Shown: one piece after another, positions 55,660 to 64,000 of the stretch
How positions within the stretch are numbered: the stretch's first letter is position 1
Layout of the letters: the number at the start of each line of letters is the position of its first letter
Virus record (IMG/VR): IMGVR_UViG_3300045772_000033
Location: 1 to 64,000 of that record
Length of the DNA: 64,000 bases
DNA from: a virus
Reading direction: 5' to 3' (one strand)
Position numbers and translations under genes: made by a program
The notes under the pieces: model-generated
What the model saw: the letters and a program-made list of their open reading frames with translations, nothing else
Databases searched by the model: none
What the model was told of the DNA's origin: nothing

Positions 55660-57714
55660 CTACTTGCGATACCTCTTTGCGTGGAACCCTTCTGCGGCCA
55701 GCGGCAGTCCCTTGGCCCAGGCTGGCGCCACAGACATCAGCGCTGTCATTCTTTCCAAGGCATAAGTTGCCCTGAACTTCTGAACTTCGACCACGATTTC
55801 ATCGTGAACGTGGAAAATTATTTCCAGTCCCTCAGCCTCAACAGCGCGCATCGCATCGGCCAGCAGATCACGCGCGATCGCCTGGGTCATGTTCTCAGCG
55901 AGCGACCCGCCGTAGGTGGAGACCCTCTGCCATTTGCCTCGCGAATTCGGATCGGGCAGGATCTTGGCCTTCTTTTTCTGAGTCATGTCCACCACGGTCA
56001 TGAAGGTGAGTTGCTCTTTCTCCTCGCCCCATGGCGTCGTGACCATTCTCAGCTCAGGATAGGGGTAGCACAGAGCGCGCCCGCTGGGCAGCAGAGCCCA
56101 CAGGAAGGAACCGGCCTTCCTGAACTTCACTTCCCTGCCGCGTGCGCCGGCGCTCGTGACGCTGCCATTCTTCATCGCGCCAAGAACTGCTTCTTCCAAA
56201 TCGTACCAATACTGCACGATGCGCTGGTTGACCGCTCGCCAGGCTTTCTTGATCTCGTCAGCTTCTTCATCCGTGATCTTCACGTTGTAAGTACGTGCCA
56301 TGGCCTGAAAGCCGCCTACACCTGAGCCGAATCCTAAAGCGAGGATCGCGACCTTACCTCGTTGCCTCTGGTCCTTCGTTACTTCATCCAGAGGCACGTG
56401 GTAAATGCTTGACGCCGCGTGTTCGTAGATTTTGCCGTGAGTACGGAAGATTTCAAGAACCGACTCCTGCCCAGCCAGCCACGCCAAAGCGCGCGCTTCA
56501 ATAGCGGAGAAGTCACAGGCAACCAACTCATTGCCTTCGCCAGCGATCAGCATCCCACGGATGCAGTCAGTAATGGCGTCCATGCTTGGGCCATAGAATA
56601 AGTCGAGTTTCTCCTTATCATCCAGCATCGAGAACATGGCCTCAACATCTGCGTAAGTGTTTCCGGGTCTCCCTCTAAAAAGATTCTGGATCTGCACTCC
56701 CCGCCCGGCCCAGCGGCCCGTGGACGCGGCGTGGAACTGGTGCATATTGCGGACGCGCCCATCGGCGGATGCCTTCTCGCGCATGGCGATCAGCTTCGCG
56801 GTCGAGGACTTCGCAGCCTCCTGGCGCAACTCCAGCGCGCGGCGGACTGCCGGGGGCATGATCTTCGCCCACGGCGGGAGTTCGCCTGCCTCATCTGCCT
56901 CTTTGTTCACTACGTCGGCGGCCAGTGCATTCAGCACGTCGGCCTTGGCCAAGCCGTCCATCTCGACGCCCTGGGAGGCGATCCATTTGCCGAGCATCTG
57001 GACTTCGGTGCAAGCCCCGACCACACCGCCGGTGACGCGCAGCATCTCGCCGTCCAGCCGCTTCTTCTCCGACTGGATGATTGTGATCGCCTTATCGACA
57101 CTGGCGAGGTCGCATAGCACGCCGCGATTGTTGATCTTGTAGTCCAGTTCCCACAAAAGCGTCTCCGATGGAGACAGTTCCATCAGCCGGTCGAGACAGG
57201 CCAGCTCCGTGCGCACGTCCTGTTTGTTGTAACTGTAGAGATTAAGAAACTTGTCGAGGTCGTCTTCCCGACGCCACATCGAGCCATCTTTTTTGGGTTT
57301 GCTGAGTTGCAGCATGACCCGGTGGCCCTCAGCGTCCTTGCGCTGGTCCACGCCGAGCGCCGGGGCTGCGTCGTCCAGCGCGCCGGGCAGCGCCATCGCG
57401 TAGGCCCGCACCATGGAGCAGCGGACCTGACGGATGGGGAGGGGAGGCCAACCATATTTCTTGACGCAGACCTCGTTCCAGATTGCCAACTCGAAGGCTG
57501 CGTTCCAGGCCGTGATAATGCCGCCTTGGGTTATGTGATCTGCGAGATCCTGGGGGAAGGGCTCGCCTTCGACCCAAGTCCTGACACTGTCAGGACTTGA
57601 ACCGTAAGAGAGGCAGTGGGCCCCGGTGGAGGGATCTGTGGCGTAGTTATGGAGACCTGCTTTCTTCAGGTCTATTTCGGAATAGGTTTCAAAATCTGCG
57701 CCGAGGCTTTGCAT
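55660..57714 (-). CDS. family A DNA polymerase (APSE/SPO2-like)
   Basis: DFETYS, AWNAAFE, YNKQDV, TGRWAG, DFSAIEAR, RQRGKVAILALGF, HVHDE. Confidence 0.95.
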   Translation of the reverse strand: MQSLGADFETYSEIDLKKAGLHNYATDPSTGAHCLSYGSSPDSVRTWVEGEPFPQDLADHITQGGIITAWNAAFELAIWNEVCVKKYGWPPLPIRQVRCSMVRAYAMALPGALDDAAPALGVDQRKDAEGHRVMLQLSKPKKDGSMWRREDDLDKFLNLYSYNKQDVRTELACLDRLMELSPSETLLWELDYKINNRGVLCDLASVDKAITIIQSEKKRLDGEMLRVTGGVVGACTEVQMLGKWIASQGVEMDGLAKADVLNALAADVVNKEADEAGELPPWAKIMPPAVRRALELRQEAAKSSTAKLIAMREKASADGRVRNMHQFHAASTGRWAGRGVQIQNLFRGRPGNTYADVEAMFSMLDDKEKLDLFYGPSMDAITDCIRGMLIAGEGNELVACDFSAIEARALAWLAGQESVLEIFRTHGKIYEHAASSIYHVPLDEVTKDQRQRGKVAILALGFGSGVGGFQAMARTYNVKITDEEADEIKKAWRAVNQRIVQYWYDLEEAVLGAMKNGSVTSAGARGREVKFRKAGSFLWALLPSGRALCYPYPELRMVTTPWGEEKEQLTFMTVVDMTQKKKAKILPDPNSRGKWQRVSTYGGSLAENMTQAIARDLLADAMRAVEAEGLEIIFHVHDEIVVEVQKFRATYALERMTALMSVAPAWAKGLPLAAEGFHAKRYRK

Positions 57715-57758
57715 AATGGGGGATTCTTTCTTGATGAGTGGTGATCTGATCTTACCGC

Positions 57759-58985
57759 TTAGGACAACGGATCGACGCCACCTGGCAGAGCCAGCCCTGC
57801 CGGTTCTGGCAGCGCCTTGCCTGCGATGCCTTGCAAGTCACCGAATACACCGCTGGTGGAAGTGAGCACGCGCTCGATCTGCGCGGTGCGCTTGGCCCAC
57901 TGGCGCTGCATAGCCTTCTGCTCCGCCGTCAAGTCTTCTTGCATCGTCGTGAACGCTTCAACTAGAGCCTCGATGCGACTTTTGAACTGTGGGCCGGTCA
58001 CGTAGCCATATACCTCTTCGGCCTTGGTGGCCATGCCCGCCTGTACCTGCCGGGTATTATGCACCGCCAGCAAAGTCGCCCGGAGCGCAAACGCTACTGA
58101 GATGGCCGCGACCGGAGAGCATACCCACACGCTGTCGATGCAACCGAATTGCGATGTGCCGAGTTCTTCCGGCAGCGCAGCGGAGACGATCACCAGTGCG
58201 TCAGCGTGGGCTTTGCGCCCATCGTCGCGGAGCTTCGACAGCCAGCCGTCGCTCCAGTGCTTCGTACGCTTGGACTCCCACAGGACCATGCCGCACGCGG
58301 CACCCGACGGCGCGCTCACGCCTTGGGTGATGTCTGCGCCGTTCACACCCTTGGCAACTTCGTTGATGGTGTCGTAGGGGAACTTGCCGCGCAATTGCTG
58401 CTCCAGATCAAGCTCCTGAACCTCACCTTGAAGCTGCTGGCTGCCCTGTTCGATCTTCTGTTGCAATTCGTTGATCTTGGTTTGCAACGATTGAAGGGTA
58501 GTGTCCTTCTCAAGCAACTTGAGACGGTTGGCATCCTCGGCATCGCGGCGCGCGGCTGTGCGCGCAGATTCAATACCGGCGCTGACCTGTTTTTCAACAG
58601 TCAATTCCAACTCGCGCTCTCGATCCGCCAACTCGCGCTCTTTGCGCATCGCTTCAGCCTGAGCCTTCTGAGCAGTGGCGATCTTCATATCCGCAGCGGA
58701 TAACTGCGCGCGCAGGCCAACCTGTGCGTTCACGGCTTCTTCGGCCTTTTGCTGTGCTGCTCGAATCTCTTCGGCTGCTTCAGCCTTGGCGGCGATCTTC
58801 CCTGACGCTGCGGCTTCGATGCGCGCTTTGGTGACGGCATCATCGGCGCGTCTATTCGCGGCGGCAAGGTCTTCGGCTGCCTGTTTCTTCGTTGCCTCCA
58901 GCAGCGGCCCCGCTAGGGCGGCTACATCGAGAGCAAACACCTCTCCGCATTTAGGACAAGTCACACCTGAAAACTCGTTTGCCAT
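57759..58985 (-). CDS. DUF2130-family protein
   Basis: CPKCG, QGSQQLQGEVQE, KGVNGAD, LWESKRTKHWSDGWL.KL. Confidence 0.8.
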   Translation of the reverse strand: MANEFSGVTCPKCGEVFALDVAALAGPLLEATKKQAAEDLAAANRRADDAVTKARIEAAASGKIAAKAEAAEEIRAAQQKAEEAVNAQVGLRAQLSAADMKIATAQKAQAEAMRKERELADRERELELTVEKQVSAGIESARTAARRDAEDANRLKLLEKDTTLQSLQTKINELQQKIEQGSQQLQGEVQELDLEQQLRGKFPYDTINEVAKGVNGADITQGVSAPSGAACGMVLWESKRTKHWSDGWLSKLRDDGRKAHADALVIVSAALPEELGTSQFGCIDSVWVCSPVAAISVAFALRATLLAVHNTRQVQAGMATKAEEVYGYVTGPQFKSRIEALVEAFTTMQEDLTAEQKAMQRQWAKRTAQIERVLTSTSGVFGDLQGIAGKALPEPAGLALPGGVDPLS

Positions 58986-59016
58986 TTTGTTCACCTGTCG
59001 AACTGCGTTTGATGTG

Positions 59017-59093
59017 TGGTGGACGCGGTAGGACTTGAACCTACAACCTGTCGGTTAAGAGCCGAATGCTGCTACCAATTGAGCTACGCGTCC
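59017..59093 (-). tRNA. tRNA-Lys(CTT)
   Basis: GGACGCG-TA-GCTC...TTCGG-CT-CTT-AA-CCGAC...GTAGGTTCAAGTCCTAC-CGCGTCC-A-CCA. Confidence 0.92.
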
Positions 59094-59122
59094 AAAAAAT
59101 CGGGGCGGCCGAGACCGCCCCA
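59094..59122 (-). terminator. intrinsic terminator after the SSB gene
   Basis: ggggcgg-tctcgg-ccgcccc followed by a T-run on the minus strand. Confidence 0.6.
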
Positions 59123-59136
59123 GGCTGCGTCATGGG

Positions 59137-59718
59137 TTATCCAAAGATGCTGGTGGCAGTCTTCCCGCCGCCGTTGCCGGCTGCCGCGGGCACATCGACA
59201 GGCTCGAAGGCCTTGGATGCGGGAATGCGACCACTGCCAATCGGGTCGTCGTCGCGCAGCTTCTGCACGTTCTGGAGGCCGAAGCTGACGCCCTTGTTGC
59301 CGGCGTTCTCGTAAGCGAAGGCGCGGACCTGAGCGCGATACCAGGCGCCGGAGTACACATCGCTGTCGTCGATGATGTCCTGCAACTTGGCGTCCACAAT
59401 GCCGGGGCGCCGGTCTTCGTTCGCAGAGAAGCTCATAATGACCCAGTCGTCTCCGATGCCGACGATGGGGTTCTCCAGTTCTTCGTTGAGCCGGAACGGG
59501 CTGCGCAGGGTCTTGGGGATCTTGTCGCCCCACTTCTCCTGTGCGGCAAGCAAGGCTTCCTTCTTGAGCGCGTCGAGCTTCGCTGTGGGCGGGAAGGCTG
59601 CGCGTATACTGTACTTCGGCTTGTTGACCGATCCGTCAGCATTCTTCATGCTTGTGGCCTTGAAGACGCTGATGAAAGCGGCGCGAAATTCCGGTGTGAT
59701 CTGATTGTCTGCGGGCAT
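59137..59718 (-). CDS. DUF2815 ssDNA-binding protein
   Basis: PKYS, RPGIVD, VYSG.W, GNKGVSFGLQNVQKLRD. Confidence 0.85.
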   Translation of the reverse strand: MPADNQITPEFRAAFISVFKATSMKNADGSVNKPKYSIRAAFPPTAKLDALKKEALLAAQEKWGDKIPKTLRSPFRLNEELENPIVGIGDDWVIMSFSANEDRRPGIVDAKLQDIIDDSDVYSGAWYRAQVRAFAYENAGNKGVSFGLQNVQKLRDDDPIGSGRIPASKAFEPVDVPAAAGNGGGKTATSIFG

Positions 59719-59808
59719 GTATTGCTCCTTTGTGAGTTGTCGGTTGAGGGTTGTGGTTGTCGATTATCGGCTGGGGAGCGTGGTGCTCGTGCCTTACGAA
59801 AAAGTTGG

Positions 59809-61155
59809 TTAGTCCAGAATATTGACTCCCGCTGCAATAGCCGGAGTCTCTGCGGAGCCTGTATCCGCAGCCAAAGCGCCGAACGCCGCCTTGGCGTCGA
59901 TCCGTACAGGTTCCCTCTTGTCGCTGACGTGGACCAGGGTGTGACCGCTGGATTCGCGCTTGACGAATGGCTCGATTACGTCGTCACGTTCCTTGGCGTT
60001 CTTGCCGGGAGCGAGCTTCACGGCGTCGCCGATGTTGATCAACTCGGCCGGTTTGAAAAGTTCAGTGGCCTCCACCCCAAGAGCCTTCGCGACGCGCGCC
60101 GCAACGACATCGTCTTTCCACTTGCGGACAGCAGTCTTCTCGACCAGTTTGTAGTCGGGGATATTGTTGCCCTTCTCGGCCTCCTGATAGGCGAACTCAC
60201 GGGTGTTCTTGATCCAACCTTCCAGAATCGGAAGGAAATCGAGAGTGCGCGCGAGGGCCAGCGGGTCGTAGTATGGTTTGGCCGCGAGACATGTGCTGTT
60301 GGCGGGGGGCAGGACTTCACCCACCGGAGCCACGGGCACAGGCTCCCCAAAAAATACCTGCTTGGCGAGTGCCTGGGCTTTGTTCTTGAGCGCGGGGCAT
60401 TTGGGAGAAGCCAGGCACCAGCGGCAGCCTTTTTCGGATGGAGTGAGGAAAGCTGCGTCCCAACCTTTCTGGCCTTGAGATGTTTGCACCTCGGCCATGT
60501 TCACTCTCTGCACCGCTTCGACGACATCGGCGTGCAGGTCCAGGAGTTCCGTGGTATCGAAGTCGATGCTGCGCACCAGGCCGTCGGGGTGGTCGTACCG
60601 CGGTTGGACGATGCCAATGTTCACGACCTTCGCCGGCAACTTCATGGTCATCAGCGCGGCCAAAGCGTAAATACGGAGTTGGGTGTTCCGTTCGACAGAC
60701 ACGGAGACGCCTTCGCCATACTTCAGATCACGCACGTAGATGGTGGCTGTGCCTGGATGCCACGCGATGAAGTCCGCGGTCCCATAAACATCTTCGTTGA
60801 CCTTGACCTTCTTCTCGATGAAGACTCCGGACCCCTTGATTGCAAGGCCGACGCACTCGTCAACGTATATCTTGACGTGCTTTTTGATCTCCACTTCTTC
60901 CGGGGTAGAGGGGGTCGGCTCGCTGCCATGCTGGGCGAAATGCAAGGTGAGCCATCGCTCGGCAAAAGCATGGGCTCTGGTGCCTTCCGCAGCATACTCG
61001 GAATCGGATTGGGGCATTCCTTCGCTCAGGACGACCGAGCCGGGGCAAGTCATCCAGCGTTCTGCTCCTGACGGAGGCAGTTTGGAGTGCTCCGAGGGGC
61101 CGGTGGCGGGTGTGGGGACGGAGTTACGGGTCGCCCCGGACCCGTAACTACCCAC
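59809..61155 (-). CDS. DUF2800 PD-(D/E)xK (Cas4-like) nuclease
   Basis: HSKLPPSGAERWMTCPGS, EGTRAH, GTAD, DLKYGEG, QLRIYALA, CRWC...CP. Confidence 0.85.
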   Translation of the reverse strand: MGSYGSGATRNSVPTPATGPSEHSKLPPSGAERWMTCPGSVVLSEGMPQSDSEYAAEGTRAHAFAERWLTLHFAQHGSEPTPSTPEEVEIKKHVKIYVDECVGLAIKGSGVFIEKKVKVNEDVYGTADFIAWHPGTATIYVRDLKYGEGVSVSVERNTQLRIYALAALMTMKLPAKVVNIGIVQPRYDHPDGLVRSIDFDTTELLDLHADVVEAVQRVNMAEVQTSQGQKGWDAAFLTPSEKGCRWCLASPKCPALKNKAQALAKQVFFGEPVPVAPVGEVLPPANSTCLAAKPYYDPLALARTLDFLPILEGWIKNTREFAYQEAEKGNNIPDYKLVEKTAVRKWKDDVVAARVAKALGVEATELFKPAELINIGDAVKLAPGKNAKERDDVIEPFVKRESSGHTLVHVSDKREPVRIDAKAAFGALAADTGSAETPAIAAGVNILD

Positions 61156-61771
61156 GGAGCGCCTCGGCGAGCTGGTTCAGCTTTTCCGGTTCCAGGGAGA
61201 GGGCTTCGGTGACACGGTTGCAGCCGAACGCCTTGAGTTGGCTGATCGCATCTTCCATCGAGTGCTTGGCGATGTAGCCGTTGAGCAAGGAGCGGAGGGT
61301 GCCTGCATCGACGGGCTTAGCAGGAGCAGTGGATGGCTGCGCAGTTGCAGACTGTGTGGTGCCGCTGGCCGCCGCATTGGGTACAGCGGAGGCGTTCGTA
61401 GGGTCCGCTGGCGTGGCCTGGGTGCTGGGCGTGGGGGCTGTCTGAGTGGTAAGTCCTTGAGCAGCCTTCGCCACGGCAGCTTCGTCGGCGGCAATCTCAG
61501 CCTTGGTGCGGCGAGTGCGCCTGGCGGATTCGGGTGCGAGATGGATGATGGAGACGGGAGCAGGAGCAGAATTTGGCGCCGCCGGCTCTGCCTGGACAGA
61601 AACGCCGAAGATAGCTTGCTCCTCGTTCGCGGGTAAGATGGCTAGGGGTTGGGGAACTGGGCCTTTGGGCGCCGGGCCGGCTGTGGCTGTGGGAAACAGA
61701 GAGGACAGAAGTGAAATAAGCCCTTGTGCCTCCGCCTGACCGATTTGTGAAGTTTCAAATTGAATGTTCAT
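61148..61771 (-). CDS. hypothetical protein (replication module)
   Basis: RRTRRTKAEIAADE motif; upstream promoter. Confidence 0.65.
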   Translation of the reverse strand: MNIQFETSQIGQAEAQGLISLLSSLFPTATAGPAPKGPVPQPLAILPANEEQAIFGVSVQAEPAAPNSAPAPVSIIHLAPESARRTRRTKAEIAADEAAVAKAAQGLTTQTAPTPSTQATPADPTNASAVPNAAASGTTQSATAQPSTAPAKPVDAGTLRSLLNGYIAKHSMEDAISQLKAFGCNRVTEALSLEPEKLNQLAEALRG

Positions 61772-61816
61772 GTTTGATGTGCCTTTCAGATTTGCGTAGC
61801 TTGTGACTTCCAGATA

Positions 61817-61845
61817 ACTGTAGATAACCATAGCGGGTTTGTCAA
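61817..61845 (-). promoter_or_regulatory. sigma70-like promoter
   Basis: TTGACA-17bp-TACAGT with an A-tract upstream. Confidence 0.6.
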
Positions 61846-61871
61846 GAACTATTTTTGAGGTGTGCTGGCCA

Positions 61872-63254
61872 TCACAAAATCTTGGCTAACTCCTTCATTT
61901 TACGTGCTAAAACCTCAGAAATTCTTTCGTCCGATGAATTGAACAACGAAAAGACTCTGACGCGAACAGGGAATTTCTGGTTAACACCTTGAAGACGTTT
62001 AACAGCCTGAGCGTTGTCCCCAGGGACGAAAGAGCATTCGAGAAGAACGCATTCAATACAGGGCGTAAGATCGATACCCACTCCGGCCGCTATCAAATTT
62101 CCAATAAAAACTCGGACTTTCGGATTGGTGCGAAATTTGTCGATATTCTCTTGGCGCTTCTTGGCGGGCGTTTCCCCGTAGAGTGTCACCACGCCGAACT
62201 TTTTGAGTCGCTCGGTCATCCATTCCACACCCACCTTGAACACACAGAAAATTACGATCTTGTCAATCTCCCCGCTTTCCAGATCGGCCTCAAGTTGATC
62301 GCCGATTGATGGCAGCTTCATCATCAAAGTGAATCGCCTTAAAGTCGTCACGCTGCTCGCGGTGCGTTCGATCATGCTGACCTGTTCATCAGGCGCAAGA
62401 GCGGCCAGAGCCGCTTGAAGGTCTTTGTCCTGCTGGGCAATCTGAGGCATTAACGGGATGAACTCCGGGTCCAAGGCGGCGTCCGACCGCGGCACGGTGA
62501 CAGTCTCAAAAATGACAGGGGGCAGGTCAGGCATAACCTCCGCGAGAGTGCGCCTGCGCATGAACCCGGAGAGGCGCGCTTTCAATTCATCAAGGTTTTT
62601 TGATCCGGTAATCTGAAAACCCCAATTCGTGTCAAACCCAGAACAGAAATGAAACGTAAAGTCCCAGTAACTCTCCGGCGACAGGCCGGCAGAATGGAGG
62701 TGGGTCCAGAGTTCTGACACATTATTTGGGCACGGGCTGCCACTGAGACGCCATACACGCTTCGCGCTCGCGATGATGCCAAGGGATCGCTTGCCGTAAC
62801 CATACAATGCCTTCGTGCGCGCGGCGGTCCTTTCTTTTGCCAGGTGAGCCTCATCCGCCACGACCAGATCCCATTGGACAGACCTGAGAAGTTCTTTGTG
62901 AGTCACAAGCGTGTCGTAACTAATAATAACCACATCAGACGTTCGCGGGGTGTCTCCGGGCATAACTGCCTGAGTTGGGCGGTCGAGCGGGGAGAATCGC
63001 TGGAGTTCTCTTGCCCAGTTGACTCGTACCGAAGCCGGAACAACTATTAGGCAGTTCTTCAAGCCGAGTGTGTCGATTGCCCTGATGACGGCCGGGGTTT
63101 TTCCAACTCGCATCTCATTGGCCAAGAACGCGGAAGTCTTGGAAGCGAGCCATTTTGCGTCTTCGATTTGAAAAGGAAACGGCGTCAGGAGTTCGGGGTG
63201 GAAATCCGCGGCGGGGATCGCGGGTGTGCTAACATTCTGTTCTGGGGTTGCCAT
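61872..63254 (-). CDS. SNF2-family helicase
   Basis: LANEMRVGKT, ADEAH, LSGSP, AAGVGIDL, QAVKRL. Confidence 0.85.
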   Translation of the reverse strand: MATPEQNVSTPAIPAADFHPELLTPFPFQIEDAKWLASKTSAFLANEMRVGKTPAVIRAIDTLGLKNCLIVVPASVRVNWARELQRFSPLDRPTQAVMPGDTPRTSDVVIISYDTLVTHKELLRSVQWDLVVADEAHLAKERTAARTKALYGYGKRSLGIIASAKRVWRLSGSPCPNNVSELWTHLHSAGLSPESYWDFTFHFCSGFDTNWGFQITGSKNLDELKARLSGFMRRRTLAEVMPDLPPVIFETVTVPRSDAALDPEFIPLMPQIAQQDKDLQAALAALAPDEQVSMIERTASSVTTLRRFTLMMKLPSIGDQLEADLESGEIDKIVIFCVFKVGVEWMTERLKKFGVVTLYGETPAKKRQENIDKFRTNPKVRVFIGNLIAAGVGIDLTPCIECVLLECSFVPGDNAQAVKRLQGVNQKFPVRVRVFSLFNSSDERISEVLARKMKELAKIL

Positions 63255-63315
63255 CGAACGGCCCTCCATTGGCCTAGAGATGCGTGGCGCTGCCCGCGCC
63301 CGCAACCCCATAATA

Positions 63316-63858
63316 TCAGATCCAGCCCTGCTTCGTGCAGAAAAATCTTGCCAGCAGCGCACTTTCTGCCCGGCCGTCGTCTTTCGCGCGGGCGAACAAG
63401 GCGGCACTCTCAGGCCACAGGCGGCTTGCCAGCTCGCGCGCTCTCGTCTTGGTTTGTGCCTGGGCCTCGTTCGTGAGGCGGTGCAATCCGGTCGCGCCCT
63501 TCCAGACGTTTGGACTCACGAGGGTAAATGGAATTTGTAACGCGCCCAGCACTCCGTGGATGACGCCGGCGGAGACGCCGAAGTTGAAGGCGCCAGCTTG
63601 GCGCGGCATTGAGGAAACTAGTTCGACCGCGGCGTGGGTCGTTCCCTGGAGTTGGCACATCCCGACGATTAAAGCGAGGCGGGCGGGGTCCACGCGACCT
63701 TGGATGACGGGCATATCGTGCAGGGATTCGATGGCTCTGGTAGACACGTTCAACAGCGCCAGCGCGCCGCCGAGACCTGGATCGATGCCCAGGATATGCG
63801 CCGGCGCCGGCGCCTGAACCGGCGCGTGTGTGGCGGACTTGGGTTTAGGAGTTCTCAA
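63316..63858 (-). CDS. RuvC-like Holliday junction resolvase
   Basis: ILGIDPGLGGALA, AVE.V, FNFG, P.VWK, DDGRAESALLA. Confidence 0.85.
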   Translation of the reverse strand: MRTPKPKSATHAPVQAPAPAHILGIDPGLGGALALLNVSTRAIESLHDMPVIQGRVDPARLALIVGMCQLQGTTHAAVELVSSMPRQAGAFNFGVSAGVIHGVLGALQIPFTLVSPNVWKGATGLHRLTNEAQAQTKTRARELASRLWPESAALFARAKDDGRAESALLARFFCTKQGWI

Positions 63859-64000
63859 CTCTTCGCCTTCCCAAGAACCTTGACGCGGAGCCAGGGGTCT
63901 TCGTCTGTGATTTGAACAATCCAGCCGGCCTTTGCTGCCTCGGCGTGGATTGTTGCCGGGGGGAACTTGGCCTTGGGTGTGCGGAAGACAGAGCCGGGGG

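Noticed and set aside
59722-61071. Long plus-strand ORFs in the replication arm (and 24500-25540, 34066-35241 on the minus strand)
   Set aside because: Antisense to well-supported GC-rich genes; no motifs or RBS

Overview
The whole window looks like one tailed dsDNA phage genome, most of it probably present. It is GC-rich, and no integrase, endolysin or host genes were recognised. An Acidobacteriota-like host is suspected but is only an inference. The + strand arm (1-46.4 kb) carries: a three-glycosyltransferase module (one GT fused to a cobalamin radical-SAM domain) interrupted by an intact IS1595 element with a PAPS-reductase-like passenger; an HNH-AP2 endonuclease; an intein-containing large terminase apparently starting at AUU; a portal; an array of basic microproteins; a scaffold, major capsid and podovirus-type tail and ejection proteins; three large spike/fibre-like proteins that all begin with Sec signal peptides; and holin-like genes. 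A reverse-strand C5 DNA methyltransferase locus at 16.4-18.6 kb is multiply coded: it has an EcoHK31I-beta-like nested ORF, a nested HNH gene with its own promoter, and a CTT-TAG-CTT interruption of motif IX next to a 10-bp hairpin. The - strand arm (46.5-64 kb) is an early/replication region: RuvC-like resolvase, SNF2 helicase, DUF2800 nuclease, DUF2815 SSB, tRNA-Lys(CTT), DUF2130, family-A DNA polymerase, prim-pol/helicase, an adenine MTase and many small genes. The strongest leads are the apparently secreted, Cys-rich receptor-binding-like proteins, the candidate ribosomal stop-hop in the MTase, and the glycosylation/radical-SAM module. All family assignments are from motif recognition by eye; no database search was run.
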